In this document: piece after piece, positions 26,774-41,494 of the stretch | Numbering within the stretch: the first letter of the stretch is position 1 | How the letters are laid out: every line of letters starts with the position of its first letter | Assembly: GCA_964016885.1 (NCBI GenBank) | Contig: OZ024758.1 | Coordinates: forward strand, 1,550,001 to 1,614,000 | Source: Eledone cirrhosa | Taxonomy: Eukaryota | Direction: 5' to 3' | DNA: 64,000 bases | Position numbers and translations under genes: made by a program | Notes under the pieces: generated by a model | Told to the model about the DNA's origin: nothing | Databases searched by the model: none | Seen by the model: the letters and a program-made list of their open reading frames with translations, nothing else

Positions 26774-27632
26774 TGGACTGGTACTTTTGTTATCGACCTT
26801 GGACTGGTACTTTTGTTATCGACCTTGGACTGGTACTTTTGTTATCGACCTTGGACTGGTACTTTTGTTATCGACCTTGGACTGGTACTTTTGTTATCGA
26901 CCTTGGACTGGTACTTTTGTTATCGACCTTGGACTGGTACTTTTGTTATCGACCTTGGACTGGTATTTTTGTTATCGACCTTGGACTGGTACTTTTGTTA
27001 TCGACCTTGGACTGGTACTTTTGTTATCGACCTTGGACTGGTACTTTTGTTATCGACCTTGGACTGGTACTTTTGTTATCGACCTTGGACTGGTACTTTT
27101 GTTATCGACCTTGGACTGGTACTTTTGTTATCGACCTTGGACTGGTACTTTTGTTATCGACCTTGGACTGGTATTTTTGTTATCGACCTTGGACTGGTAC
27201 TTTTGTTATCGACCTTGGACTGGTACTTTTGTTATCGACCTTGGACTGGTACTTTTGTTATCGACCTTGCACTGGTACTTTTGTTATCGACCTTGGACTG
27301 GTACTTTTGTTATCGACCTTGGACTGGTACTTTTGTTATCGACCTTGGACTGGTACTTTTGTTATCGACCTTGGACTGGTACTTTTGTTACCGACCTTGG
27401 ACTGGTACTTTTGTTATCGACCTTGGACTGGTACTTTTGTTATCGACCTTGGACTGGTACTTTTGTTATCGACCTTGGACTGGTACTTTTGTTACCGACC
27501 TTGGACTGGTACTTTTGTTATCGACCTTGGACTGGTACTTTTGTTATCGACCTTGGACTGGTACTTTTGTTATCGACCTTGGACTGGTACTTTTGTTATC
27601 GACCTTAGACTGAAACTTTTGTTACCGACCTT
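26774..27632 (-). repeat. 26-bp minisatellite x~33 amplified from the SINE A core
   Basis: TGGACTGGTACTTTTGTTATCGACCT; SINE sequence resumes at 27633-27676. Confidence 0.95.
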
Positions 27633-28243
27633 GAAATGATGAAAGGCAAAATTGACCTCGCCGAAATTTGAACTCTGTAGTTAATATAAAGTATCTCTAA
27701 ATTCTTTAGAATCTCGTCTTTACGTTTTCATGGTTTAACTTTCATTCATAATTCATCAACCCTCGATAGTTAACAAACGACTTGCGGGAATACAATTACC
27801 ATTTGTTGAGAAAGCACATTTAGAAAATAGATTATTATCAAAGGAGAATCAATAGTGAGATTTAACTTTAATACAATCAATGGATCTTTTATAGAAGTTA
27901 AAACATTATTTAATTGAGAAGAAACCTGTGGGATTTACGATTGTTTGTAACACCTGTACAGAAGAAAATAAATATATACTTTTGAAAAACCATTCTATTG
28001 AAAAGCTGTGCTGAATAAAAGGATAAATAGTGTGAGATGTTTCGTTTCTTGTTTTGTTTTTTTATCTTTGTAATTTTTTCGTTTGTTATTTTCTTTTCAA
28101 TATAAATTTGTTTTATTTTTATTTCCATTTTGTTTTATTTTTGTTTATTCTAAGATTCATTTCACAAGTGAATCCACAGGTGTCACATAAAAAAAACCGA
28201 CATACAAAGCGCAATGATTGAATGTCATGGCATGCGTACGCAC

Positions 28244-28335
<92 letters not shown>

Positions 28336-28498
28336 CATAAAATTGTAGGAATCTCAAACACGGGAGTAGCTGTAAATACCCGATTGCTATGTGCAGAGCA
28401 AAATATTGGGTTAATATATAACCTCATATTGAGCGGAAGAACGGAGAGAGAGAAGATGAAATGATAGGAGTATATATATATATATATATATAGTTTTG

Positions 28499-28559
28499 TA
28501 TTTTATCTGATGAGGGCGTACCAACATTTTGGTACCCTTGAAATATATATAATAAAATA
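28499..28559 (+). ncRNA. Type I hammerhead ribozyme (family 6)
   Basis: TATTTTAT-CTGATGA-GGGCGTACCAA CATT TTGGTACCCTT-GAAA-T-ATAT-AT-A|ATAAAATA. Partial inverted copy at 28620-28655. Confidence 0.85.
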
Positions 28560-29176
28560 AATATGGTTTTATAGCTTCCATTAATATTATTGATATATAA
28601 ATGTTGATAATTGATATATAAATGTTGGTACGCCCTCATCAGATAAAATACAAAATTTGGTTTACAGATAGCGACATCTACAGACAAGAACTTAATGTTG
28701 TGAGTTCTATTTGAAATATATATAATAGAATAAATATGGTTTTATAAAGATAGCTTCCATTTATTAATATTATTGATATTATACTCCAGAAGAAATGTGT
28801 TGGGTGCTTCTAATCTGTTATAAATTAAATTTGTTGAATAATCAACAAATTAAATAACTCATTGCTTATATATATATATACAGAGAGAGAGGGGGGAGAG
28901 AGAGAAAAGAAAAGTATGAATAAGAATGGTGGAGCAACTATTTTTTTCATTTGGAGAATTACGAAAGAGAAAAACAGGGGGGGAAGGATGAAACGTATAA
29001 AAAAATGAGAAATAAAGAACTTTAGCGTTGTAATAACCTCATCAGTTTCTTTCTAGCCTGACAGGGTTTCGCACAGAAAGAGTAAGTACGGCGTATATGC
29101 GGTCACGAAAATGAGTACTCTAGATTATATCTTCTTTATTTAAAGTTTGAATCTTGGTAGTTTCTTCTGTGTATCC

Positions 29177-29244
<68 letters not shown>

Positions 29245-29786
29245 TGCATATGATTCTCTACTACATTATCTCAGTAGGAAAGTTAACACAGATGTAGTGT
29301 TTGCCTGGTGTGTGTATACAATATTATACAGATATCATATTTCCTTTCGAAACATGAAATCGTGTCCAAGAGAGAATGTATCTGGTATATGTATATTTAT
29401 TTTATTCTGTGTACCATAATTTATTTTTCATGTCTCGTTCGTTCCAGCTAACTTTATATACCTATACATTTTAATTCTTATTTTCTATTTGCTAAACTAT
29501 TGCTCAAAAGCTATTCTTATTGTATCAACATACAATACAACAGGAGGAAACATAATAGTACCACTGACGATGTTACAGATATGCAACGAAAGAACTTTGA
29601 TAGACTATATATATATATTTATATCTGTATTTTTAACCGTTGGTCAATCAATGATAAACGTTGATTGCCAAATAAATTAACTATGGAGATATAAAAGATA
29701 CAAAAGCGAAAACCAACCAAACAGTGAGTGTGTTCTGTTATTATTTCTGGCAATATTATTACAACAATATGACCATCCCCAAGTAT

Positions 29787-29842
<56 letters not shown>

Positions 29843-29844
<2 letters not shown>

Positions 29845-30033
29845 CGAAGGAAATGTGGTAAGGAACCAGGTGGACCATAACGCAGTAAAGTACTCAATAC
29901 TTAGGGTAGTAGAGTGGGTAATAGGAACGAGTAGGACCCCGACGGCTGAGCTCAAGCCGTTTCGACGGCTAATTCTGCGTCCAGAATTAGCCGTCGAAAC
30001 GGCTTGAGCTCAGCCGTCGGGGTCCTACTCGTT

Positions 30034-30037
<4 letters not shown>
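29843..30037 (-). mobile_element. Fold-back element family 2, full
   Basis: Palindrome with ~55-bp arms plus tail, between (TA)n runs. Confidence 0.88.
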
Positions 30038-30068
<31 letters not shown>

Positions 30069-30071
<3 letters not shown>

Positions 30072-30257
30072 AAGGTTGATTGGTAAGAGAAACAGAGGCC
30101 AGCATCCAAAACGATGGCTTCATAATGTCAACTTATGGACTGGAATTGATCTTTGCTCTTTAAACTCTGGTGTTGGTGATCGAACTTTGTGGAGAAAAAT
30201 ATCTCAAGTTGATGCGCAGTCTGCAACTAGCGGAGTTCAACGTCACAAGAAGAGGAA

Positions 30258-30258
<1 letters not shown>
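30069..30258 (+). pseudogene. RTE-clade LINE ORF 3' end
   Basis: GKRNRGQHPKRWLHNVNLWTG...DRTLWR fits the RTE C-terminal G.R.RGRP..RW...DR..WR pattern; GAA-type tail. Confidence 0.75.
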
Positions 30259-30321
<63 letters not shown>

Positions 30322-30361
30322 TTATATTATATATATTATATATATATTTTATATATATTAT

Positions 30362-30427
<66 letters not shown>

Positions 30428-30477
30428 GTAGGTTCCTGAGTTGTTTCAGTGGGGCGGGGGGGGGGGTCATCTTTTTT

Positions 30478-30600
30478 TAATATAGAAATTACTTCTACAG
30501 GGCTAGAACTGTTTCATTCGTTTAAAATTATCAGGAATCCTGATGATGTCATACGAATGAAACAGTTCTAGCCCAGTAGAAGCCTGTTGCTTCTCTATAT
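30478..30600. mobile_element. Family 1 palindrome with two opposed, decaying hammerheads
   Basis: TTCTACAGGGCTAGAACTGTTTC..TCAGGAATCCTGATGA..GAAACAGTTCTAG. Confidence 0.75.
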
Positions 30601-30609
30601 ATATATTTA

Positions 30610-30657
<48 letters not shown>

Positions 30658-31383
30658 CGCCAGGTGTCGTGGTAATATTTACCCTTAAACATATCAATGT
30701 CAGTATTTTGTTAAAACATGTGTGACAGTCGTGAATATGTTTTTCGATAACCCTTTATTTACATTGTTTCAATGAACTGAGTGTATTTCATGTAGTTTGC
30801 TAGTGTTTGAGCAGAGGCGACTGTCGTTAGAATGTCGGATAGAATATGTTGCGGTACTTTCGGCTCTCGACTCTCTGAGTTCAAATCCCACCGAGTTCAA
30901 CGTTTTCTTTTCATCCATTTAAGGTTGGTAAAAATTACTGTGTAGCGCTTTAACGTATTTGATCAAGCTGGAATTCCTCTCCGCTGCCTCTGTTACTGAG
31001 AGTACAAGACTCCTTCCCTGGACAGGACGCTAATCCATCGCAGGGTTAAACCCGTATTTGTTCTTATTTTCAGCTGAGTAAACTGGAGTAACATGAATAC
31101 AACACACAACTCAGCCCAGGAATCGAACACACGACATTATGATCGTATGTCCAACACTCTTACCACTAGGCCACGACATTCATTTTGCTTTTAGTTTTGA
31201 AACCTGTTATAATAGTTCATTGTGTTACAATATTAATTCCCTTCAATTAAATCGATACATCAGCAGGATTTGCCATTTATTTCATCCAGTATCGATCCTT
31301 TAGTTTGGCTGAAAATTCAAAAGGATGCTCAGATCGAATAACCCAATTTCTTTACACAATAATGACCAGCGCATTTCCATTTA

Positions 31384-31811
31384 CGAGGGTCAACTAAAAC
31401 GTTCATTGGCTGACTATGAAAAAGTGATGCTTGGGCTGTGAAATCTTGCTTGCATTAATTTCAACTCTTCTTATTAATAACTGCATTGTTTCGTTCCAAG
31501 GACTATGTTGAAAAATAAACCTCATTTGGTCATTCCATGGTATCTTGGTCATAGGCTAACTATAAAAAAGTGATGCTAGAGCTGTGAAATCTTTGATGTT
31601 GAAAATTAAGCTTCATTTGGTCATTCCATGAAAGTATCTTGGTCAGTCTATGAAGGAGTGCTAGCGATGTGAAATCTTGCATGACTTAATTTTAACACTT
31701 CTTATTAATAACTGCATTAATTATTTCTAGGGATTATGTTGAAAAATAAACATCATTTGGTCATTCCATGAGAGTATCTTGGTCAGCCTATGAACTTTTC
31801 AACTACCCTCG
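31384..31811. mobile_element. Mariner-type MITE with internal tandem duplications
   Basis: Ends CGAGGGT..AA..GTTCAT / ATGAACTTTTCAACTACCCTCG; internal block repeated about three times. Confidence 0.85.
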
Positions 31812-31932
31812 TTTTTCTAATGAAAACAATCTATGATTTAATTTTTTTTTTTTTGATAATCAAATATTTCGAGTGACCAAATAATAAAACTAATTTTATC
31901 GTTATCAAGATGTTTAGAATACAACTTGTGAA

Positions 31933-32260
31933 GGCGTGTGGCTTTGTGGTTAGGGTATTCGGCTTACAATCGTAAGTTCGTGAGCTCGATTCCCGGTGGT
32001 GTGTTGTGTCCTTGAGCAAGAAACTTTATTTCATGTTGCTCCAGTCCACGTAGTTGATAAAAATAAGTTGTACCTGTAATTAAAATCTGTAATTAAAATC
32101 AGTCTTCTAACATTGTGTGTCACACTGAATCTCCCTGAGAATTACGTAAAGGGTACGCGTATCTGTGGAATGCTCAGCCACTTGTACGTTAATTTCACAA
32201 GCAGGTTGTTCCATTGATCTGATCAACAGGAATACTCGTCGTCGTAACCGACGGAGTGCC
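31933..32260 (+). mobile_element. SINE family B
   Basis: tRNA-like head, TGTGTCCTTGAGCAAG core and long tail. Confidence 0.8.
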
Positions 32261-33105
32261 TCAGAATGCAACTTAAAAGATTCTGACAAATAATTATGAT
32301 AGTAGGTTTTAGATAAGTTTATACTGTAGAATATGCAGTTTGTCATCAGAAAACCGTGGAGGGCTTCAGACGGTTTAGAATCAAAGAGATTAAGAAGCCA
32401 ACTTAGATCTATTTTTGCATGTTTTATCATTACTCCATGCTAACATAAATACTTGTTTAATAGAACATAGTTGTGAAATATACAGAATCAGTGGTATGAA
32501 AGAACGTAGCTAAATAATTCCTATATTTCTTTTATTTCAGTCAATTGTTCTCTCAATTCCTGCAACTTCTTTCATTGCATTTAATGATAACTTCGATTCA
32601 TAGACGATGCACATGATATAGAACATGTTTTTATGCATTGGTTACATTGGCAAAACAATGTGCAGTGAAGCATGACTATTTTAAATAATTGAATTGCATA
32701 TGTCAAGCAATATACTTTTTCATAGGATTGATAAACGCTGCTTATCAAGTGAACGTAAATTGTTCAATGATCTGAAAACATTTTTTTTTCCCCTCTTAAA
32801 AATAAAATATAGTTTTTTTCCAATATATTTTCATCAAATGTTGACATATCGATATTCAAGTAAGTTTTAACGCTTTCTTACACATTGCCGCTTAATTTTG
32901 ATATATATTCGTCTTATCATAACTGGTAATGTTTAGTTGAGAATAATCTACATTGATAAAAGTGTACAGAGTCAAGGTTAGGTTCAGAAGAGGATTGGGG
33001 GTTAATATGTCAAATATAATGAACCATGTAGACATATACATCACCACACGGACCAACGAAGAAGCCTCCATGTTGCTATTATTGGAAGCTATTTCTCCCA
33101 TCACC

Positions 33106-33410
33106 TTGGACGCCACATGTTGCGACACGTTCTCCGCCTCCAATTTAGTCGCTTCGGCCACAAATCCCGGTACTGCGGCCCATAATGCAGAGGAAATGAA
33201 GATAAACAAACACTGGGGATTATCCGGTCGCTTCCTCTTCGCACCAGTCGCTGTCAAGACCTCAGGCGTACTTGATCCCCGTACTGCCGAGCTCTTCCGG
33301 AAGATCAGAAAGTCGGCTGCTCGTCTGAGGAAGGAGCCCCACGAGGTGGGGTGGCTGTAGCAGCTGGTGTCGCTGGCCATTGTCCGCGGGAATACTTTTG
33401 TGGTCTTGTC
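33106..33410 (+). pseudogene. CRE-clade non-LTR retrotransposon, restriction-like endonuclease C-terminus
   Basis: DATCCDTFS..AAHNAEEMKINKH..FAPVAVKTSG..L*QLVSLAIVRGN matches the RLE pattern D.T..DT..AE..K..KY...F.P.A.ET.G...QR.S.AI.RGN. One in-frame stop. Confidence 0.8.
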
Positions 33411-33524
33411 CACGGGGAGCAGCTCCAATTTCGCCGCGCCCTAGGCTCAGAGCCCATCATCCTCCCTCTATCTCTTCCCATTCTTCTGTGACCTCAGAAC
33501 AGGGAGACATGAGACAAAATTGGG

Positions 33525-33712
33525 AGATTGAAAAGTTCATAAGCTGACCAAGATACTCTCATGGAATGACCAAATAAGGTTTATTTTTTAACATAATCCC
33601 TGGAAAGAAACGATGCAGTTATTAATAAGAAGAGTTGGAATTAATGCATGCAAGATTTCACAGGTCTAGCATCATTCTTTCATAGTCAGCCTATTCACCT
33701 TTCAGTCACCCT
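33525..33712 (-). mobile_element. Mariner-type MITE (CGAGGG family)
   Basis: Single-unit inverted copy. Confidence 0.8.
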
Positions 33713-34841
33713 TAGTAAATGCTAAATATAAAGTAAAGTCAACAGTTTTAAAAGGGACTCAGCCACGTTGTAACTGATTTAGTTTCAGTACAAGTCTTAG
33801 ATAAGTTCATTTGTCAGAGAAATACAACTCTAAAATAAATATATAAACATTTTCTGTATCATATTTATCAGTTAAAATGACTCATTTAACCATGTAATGG
33901 CTGCCATCCTCATAATATATAGTTTTATGTCTGAATAAAAAAAATGACTACTTCATGCAAATGCATAAAAAGTCTACTAATTGCTCATAGAAGATTATTT
34001 AATCTTTGAATAGCATTATAAACATCAATCTACTTTCAGTATTTATAGTCTTATGTTCGTCAGAGATGAAAAGATACATATAAATCCTTTAATGCGGCAA
34101 CATCTGTGAAAAAATATTTTCTAAAAAAAACAAATTTCTCTCGGAAGGCCGAAGTCTTCTTGAAAGAAAGAAATTTTGTTAGAAAACCTATAAATGGTTA
34201 TCTGATATCAATTAGTTCGATAAATCAGGATTACTTTCTAACTTTCCTTCTGATTCTACTAAAAATGTTCTGTACACGTTTAATTATCTAACATTAATAT
34301 TTAATGCTTGGTAAATCATATTAGTTTGCCTTTTATATTTTTACTTTTTAAAGAGAGCCAGGTTGGTGACAGAAAATACTTTTTAACTTTGCCTCTGATA
34401 CTACTGACAAAAATGTTCTTAACACATTCAATTATCGTTTTGCCTGTTGCTCTGCCGATAGTTGTATTTCACTACTTTCGAAAGTTTTTCATGAAATAAT
34501 CAATCGAGACATTTTTCACTTGAATCATATTCCTAACTTTGACCAATGATTCTAATAAGCTCGGACAAATGTTTCTATTTAAGATACAACAAATTGATCT
34601 TTAATTTGATATCAATTTGATATTAATTAGATATTTCTCTTAATTAAATAATTTCTTTATTAATTAATTAATTAATTAATTAATTAATTAATTAATTAAT
34701 TAATTAATTAATGTGACTCCAAATATCGTCATTCTATTCAGATCATTAAATATAAATTGTATTGTTTAATAAAGATACTTTTTTGAAGAAGAAAGCAGAC
34801 GACGCTCTACAGACGCGCACATATGTATATATATATATATG

Positions 34842-34920
<79 letters not shown>

Positions 34921-35254
34921 AAAGTTCAGTAGATCCGAAGAAAACTTGTGAGAGAACCGAGGTCAGCACTCAATACAGAGTAGAGTGTATACAATAAGAA
35001 CAAAGTGGAGATGTTACATACAAGATTTATAGCTTAATCCTGATTACAAATGTTTCTCAAGCGGCCGGCTCGGGATCTGAGTTAGCATGCCAGACCAGAC
35101 CAGACTCCAGACCAGACTCCAGACCAGACTCCAAGACTGCCTGATCTGCAGACCAGAATTAACACAACAAAAATCACATCAAATCTGCGGACGAACCAGC
35201 CAGACACAAACAAGCATATATGCTTGTTTGAATGTAACACAACCACTGTGTTCT

Positions 35255-35331
<77 letters not shown>

Positions 35332-35338
<7 letters not shown>

Positions 35339-35643
35339 ATACTTGGGAAGGGGCATATTTGTGTAATATTGCCAGAATTAATAACAGAACACACTCACTG
35401 TTTGGTTGGTTTTCGCTTCTGTCACTTTTATATCGGTTAATTTAATTTATTCGGTCTTCAATGTTGCCATTGACTGACCAACGGTCAAAAATACAGATAC
35501 AATATAGACACAAACACATACATATAGAGTGTGTTCTGTTATTAATTCTGGCAATATTACACAAATATGACCCTCTCCAAGTATAACAATATTTGTTTCG
35601 ACACACGATTTTATATCAAAAACCTCGCAAAACTAATTCATCG
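35332..35643. mobile_element. TA-embedded fold-back element family 7
   Basis: 35332-35396 is inverted at 35527-35592. Relatives at 3255-3295, 19530-19640, 29600-29792 and 39995-40030. Minus strand has GAAACAAATATTGTT. Confidence 0.7.
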
Positions 35644-35889
35644 CCAGTAATGCACTGGGTAATTGCTGGCCTTGTGCCTAGCGTAGAAACAATTATATAT
35701 ATATTAGATTAGAGCAAACATCACGGGCGCTCTATCTCAAAATTATTTTTGAAAAGCATTAGAAATGCGCAACCGGTAAAACTTAAAACCAAAACTGAAT
35801 ACTAACCAATACTATTACTAATTTTTACTTATTCCTAATTAAACTATTTTTCACTGGGAACAATTTGTCAGCATTTTCTTTTCCGTTTA

Positions 35890-35985
<96 letters not shown>

Positions 35986-36235
35986 TGAAATCGAAAATGA
36001 AACTGGAGTCTTATTTTTTTTTAAATATATATATTTATTTGGTTCCTTTACCGGTTTCGCAGTTGTTCTGCTTTTCAAAGGGAGAGTTGAGATGGAGGGT
36101 CTGTGGTTTTTCTCACATCTGGTTGGTCTTTGAATGTTACTTGTTTTATATGGAAAAAAGTGGTTCGAGCCACTTTTTGGGACACCTCGGTTATTTTTCA
36201 TTTTGTAAAAAAACCCTCACTTTCTAATATATATA

Positions 36236-36403
36236 TAACGAAGGAGGTGTGGTAAGGAACCAGATGGACCATAACGCACCAAAGTACTCAATATTTAGGG
36301 TAGTAGAGTGTGTAATAGGAAAATGTATGACCCCGACGGCAGATCTCAAGCCGTTTCGACGGCTATTTCTGGACTGAGCTCTGCCGTCGGGGTCATACAT
36401 TTT

Positions 36404-36407
<4 letters not shown>
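36236..36407 (-). mobile_element. Fold-back element family 2
   Basis: Tail plus asymmetric hairpin within (TA)n. Confidence 0.85.
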
Positions 36408-36444
<37 letters not shown>

Positions 36445-36506
36445 CCCGGAGTACCATAACTGGACTACACTTAAGTGGACTACCTATAACAATAATTTGT
36501 TACCCC

Positions 36507-36540
<34 letters not shown>

Positions 36541-36751
36541 CAAGAGTGGTGCCCCAGCATGGACTCACCGGATGGCTGGAACAGGTAAAATAGTAAAAGA
36601 GTATATATATATCAAGACCTGATTGATTTTTCGTTGCTTTGGTATTATGTGGCTGGGCTCACCTGTTGCACTTTTCAATTTGTCACTCTATCTAACGCAT
36701 GTCATTACTCTAAGGTGACATTTTACTAAACTTCGATTTGTGTGTATATAT

Positions 36752-36816
<65 letters not shown>

Positions 36817-37197
36817 TCACGTATATATATATACATATATATATATATATGTGTGTGTGTGAATATATATATATATATATATTTATATGTAGGAGGTGAG
36901 TTTTATTGTAGCACAATAAAGCAATGCAAATATCGGATAAGTAGCACTCAACAGTTTATAGGACTGGAGTATAAATAATATAAAATCAAAATATGGTTAA
37001 AAGAGTTCCATCTTTTAACCATCTTTTGATTGTATATTATATATTTATATATTTATATATATATACGTCTGGATTTACAATGGGGAAATGAGTCAACTAT
37101 TTTCTTGCAATGGTGATTCCCGCCATTTTTGTCTGAATCGAATCAATGTTGGAATGAATCATCAGCTTTAAATGAATATATATGTGTATGTGTGTAT

Positions 37198-37281
<84 letters not shown>

Positions 37282-37445
37282 ATGTGTACAAACGTACATA
37301 CATACATACATATATAAATAAATATATATATACATTCATAAATACATACACACTTAAATGCACGCTTGCAAGCATACATACATACATTCATACATTCATA
37401 CATTCACACATAAGACATACATACATACATACATGCATACATACA

Positions 37446-37684
37446 TGGTGGCTGCCAACTCGTTTTCGAGTACGGCCACTACTTTATATCCATGTAGGAG
37501 AACCCCTACCGATGCGCTGAACGAGTGTGACTTTTTAGTCCAGCCAGCGACTTGAAAACTCTGGTACAAACACTACACTTGTGACAATTATTGACACATA
37601 GTGCTGGGCCCATGGTACCATGTGACGGCAAGTGCAGAGAGATCTCCAGATATAAAGCAATGCCTGTGCCGTGAAGCTTTTATA
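37446..37684 (-). mobile_element. ~600-bp repeat, truncated third copy
   Basis: Matches 2621-2866; embedded in (TACA)n. Confidence 0.8.
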
Positions 37685-37825
37685 CTGCATACATACATAC
37701 ATACATACATACATACATACATACATACATACATACATACATACATACATACATACATACAGGATGTTGTCAGCAATGGCCAAATGAGGTTTATTTTTTA
37801 ACATAGTCCCTGGAAAAAAATAATG

Positions 37826-37924
37826 CAGCTGTTGCTGTTGCTGTTGCTGTTGTTGTGTTGCTGTTGCTGTTGCTACTGTTGCTACAGCTACAGCTGTTAT
37901 TGTTGTTGTTGCTGCTGCTGTTGT

Positions 37925-37955
<31 letters not shown>

Positions 37956-38098
37956 AATGTTGTTGCTGCTGTTGTTGCTGTTGCTGTTTTTGCTGCTACT
38001 GTTGCTGCTGTTGTTGCTGTTGCTGTTTTTGCTGCTACTATTTCTGCTGTTGTTGCTGTTGCTGTTTTTGCTGCTACTGTTGCTGCTGTTGTTGTTTT
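37826..38098. repeat. (TGT/TGC)n microsatellite
   Basis: Source of a poly-L ORF. Confidence 0.95.
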
Positions 38099-38639
38099 CT
38101 AGTCTAATCTTATTTAGAAACAGACATTTATATTTTAAAACCTCGTTATTTTCTCATCCCAGTTTTTTTCTAAGATAAACTTTTACTTCAAAAAAATTCC
38201 TTCTCAGTTTTCTTTCACCCACTTTCGGTCAACTTTACAAGAAACTGGAATTCAGATAAAACTGCTGATTCCAAATTCACCAGAATTCCTTTTTTGTACA
38301 TGGTTTAGATTAGACATTTTTTATTAGAATTCTTTTTTTAGTTTTTTAGTTTAAAGTTTGTATTCACAAAGTTGGCTTAAAAACCATTGATGATTATATA
38401 AATAGGAAAAAGAAAGATAAAAGCAAAATTAAGTAATGAGGAAATGGGAAGGGTTAAAGAAGGGCAGATCTGGGGGTATGGGGAAGTGGGGGGAAGGGGT
38501 GATGAAGGGCAGATCTGGCTGTATGGGGAAGTAGTGAGGAAGGGGTAATGAAGGACAGATCTGGCTGTATGAGAAAGTGGAGGAAAGGACTATAAATGCC
38601 ATAAATGAGAGGAAAAGGAGGAGAAAATCAAGGACTCAA

Positions 38640-38865
38640 GGGATACAGAAATAAGGGAAAGCGAAGGAGAGAGGATGATGGGCTCTTGGCCTAGAGCGGG
38701 TGGTCTTAGGGGAGAGGGTGGTTGGCTTTGGGTCTTGGGTGGGGCGGTGTTGGGGGAGAGGATGATGGGCTCTGGGCCTTGGGTGGGGTGGTGTTGCGGA
38801 AGAAGGTGAGGGGCTCTGGACTTTGGGTGGGGCGGGCGGTGTTACAGCTGCACCCCGCAGACAAA
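38640..38865 (-). mobile_element. 3'UTR of the CRE-like element with local duplications
   Basis: Reverse complement CTAGGCCAAGAGCCCATCATCCTC matches 33441-33466; motif repeated 2-3 times. Confidence 0.65.
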
Positions 38866-39856
38866 AATGAAAGTGAATTTTTGTAATTGCTGACGTTGTG
38901 CAGATTCAGATGTTTTTTAGCCACTGATCAGCCTTGATTAAACAAATCTATGATCAAAAGATGTTTGATGTACCTTTCATAACTTTGTATCTAAAACTAC
39001 CTGATCCAAAGTGTCCTTCCGTTTTATTTTAAGACAGTAAGGGTGTGGTTTGATTGTAATCCAGCTACTATTTCTAGCTATGTCTCTCCTGAAATGTTCT
39101 CATTACTTATTGAACATAGCGGTGGATTGCCAGTATCGGTGGAGTGTCAGACACCATGCTTTACACATTCTAGTGGCTTTTTGAAGCTTATCAGTGATTT
39201 ATTAAAAGTTTTATCCTCAAGTCTGGGTACGTCTGGGTAGATTTTGGGAGCCACCCCATTATCACAGGGTTCAGTACAGTTGAAATACTAGTCAAACATC
39301 TTCAATTTACACTTTACCATCATAAAAAATAAGTAACGACTTCCTAGATAAACGAGACATTTAAAACTAGAATGCTTTTGATGGTAGGACTACTTGATCA
39401 AGTCTTACTTGAGGCTAAACAAAAAAGCTATCACAGCAACATCAGCTGAAAAACATATATTTCATCTTTATAAATTAAATATACACATGGCACATCACAC
39501 ACATACATACAGTACTTAGGCACTTACAAGAATCTAGACAAAAACTCACCATACTCTACGTTAACTTAAGGAGAGAGTCCTGAAGGTACAAACATGTACA
39601 TACATACAAGTTATTAACACAAGAACACGCAAGACTAAGCAACGTACATATAGATGTCCACACATGAAAAGAAATAATAGCTGTGTATATATTATTCTAA
39701 AGGCTGTATAGGAAAACACTTAGTACATTCTAAACAAGCATATTGAGATGTAATTATAATTCTTCGCAACATAACCTGGAGCACATTTCTGATATTGTAA
39801 TTAACTTTATATTACTTTACATATACATTCACACACACAATCACACACATAAATGC

Positions 39857-39934
<78 letters not shown>

Positions 39935-40024
39935 GTGTGTGTGTGTATGCATATATACATATATAGACATATATATATATATATATTTCGTTTCTGAATT
40001 GGCAACATGACCCTCCCAAAGTAT

Positions 40025-40094
<70 letters not shown>

Positions 40095-40148
40095 GTATAT
40101 GTATGTATATATATATGTATATATACGTATGTATATATATACACACAC

Positions 40149-40181
<33 letters not shown>

Positions 40182-40205
40182 CATATGTATATACACACAC
40201 ACACA

Positions 40206-40258
<53 letters not shown>

Positions 40259-40493
40259 TTGTTTTGATTAAAAGCCTATATGAGATTATGTGTATTAAAT
40301 GGCTTGTATGTATGTATATATTCTTTTAATATTTCATTCTTTCAGTGAGTTCAAGCATTAGATTGCAGGGAAGAGATTATTTCGGAATCTTTCCAGTAAT
40401 TCTTAATATCTTCAAGTCCTGCTTTATTTTGTCTTCTTTCAGTTATTCCTTTTATGCTTACCTCCAGTTACTCTCTTTCAATATTGCTATCGA

Positions 40494-40710
40494 GGGCATC
40501 GATTAGCAGTAATCGGTAGTGTCGGACGCCATGCTTTGCAGCATAGAGTTACGGCCCTTTGTGATCTGAGTTCAAATCCCGCCGAGGTTAACTTTACCTT
40601 TCATACTTACGGGGTCGATAAATAAAGTACCATTAATGCACTGGGGTCCATTTAATCGACTTTTACTTTCCCTAAAAATTGGTGGCCTTGTGTCTAAATC
40701 TGAAACCATT
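40494..40710 (+). mobile_element. SINE family A (long variant)
   Basis: Head, B-box, core and tail present. Confidence 0.88.
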
Positions 40711-40820
40711 ATCTCTATCGAGTCACATACTGTATTTCTTCTTCTTCTTCTTCTTCTTCTTCTTCTTCTTCTTCTTCTTCTTCTTCTTCTTCTTCTTCTT
40801 CTCCTTCTTCTTCTTCTTCT

Positions 40821-40871
<51 letters not shown>

Positions 40872-41401
40872 ATATATATTCATATGTTCATCTAGCTATC
40901 TATCTATACAGAGAGATACATAAAGAGGTTTTTAACCACGACATATTTTATTATTATATAACATATTCAAACACAACGGGAGTAACATTGAGTGACCTGT
41001 GGGACAGTGTGTGACATTTGTGACCTGTGTACCATTGTGTGGCATTGTGTGCCATTGTGTGACAGTGTGTGGTGACAGTGTGACATATTTTTTAATGAAA
41101 GTAATTATATAACATGTAGTGTATTATCTTCACTAATGAAACAAAGCTGCAACACTGGAATCGGCGAATGGTTTCGTCCTCTTTAACGTGGCACTAATAT
41201 CGCCTAACTGGAAATAAATAACATTCTTGAAGAATGTTATTTATGTTCTTGTGTTTAATAAAGTCTTATTAATTACAGAGTTTTATTTATAATAACTGTT
41301 GTAATTGGCGTCATAAATAAGAATGTCTGAATACTAAAAAGAATCAAAGAATGTTTTCCTATATTTGAAATTATTTTCAAGAACCACTCTGACCTATTAT
41401 A

Positions 41402-41433
<32 letters not shown>

Positions 41434-41494
41434 CACACACACACACGTTCCTAAGTACAGTAACATATCAAAACCAAGACATTAGAACTTTACA

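Noticed and set aside
26774-27632. CRISPR-like array or three overlapping 266-290 aa ORFs
   Set aside because: Contiguous 26-bp units with no spacers, no cas genes, and derived from a SINE.
32953-33105. N-terminal part of the 135-aa ORF and the antisense 178-aa ORF
   Set aside because: AT-rich flank read-through and the antisense shadow of the CRE fragment.
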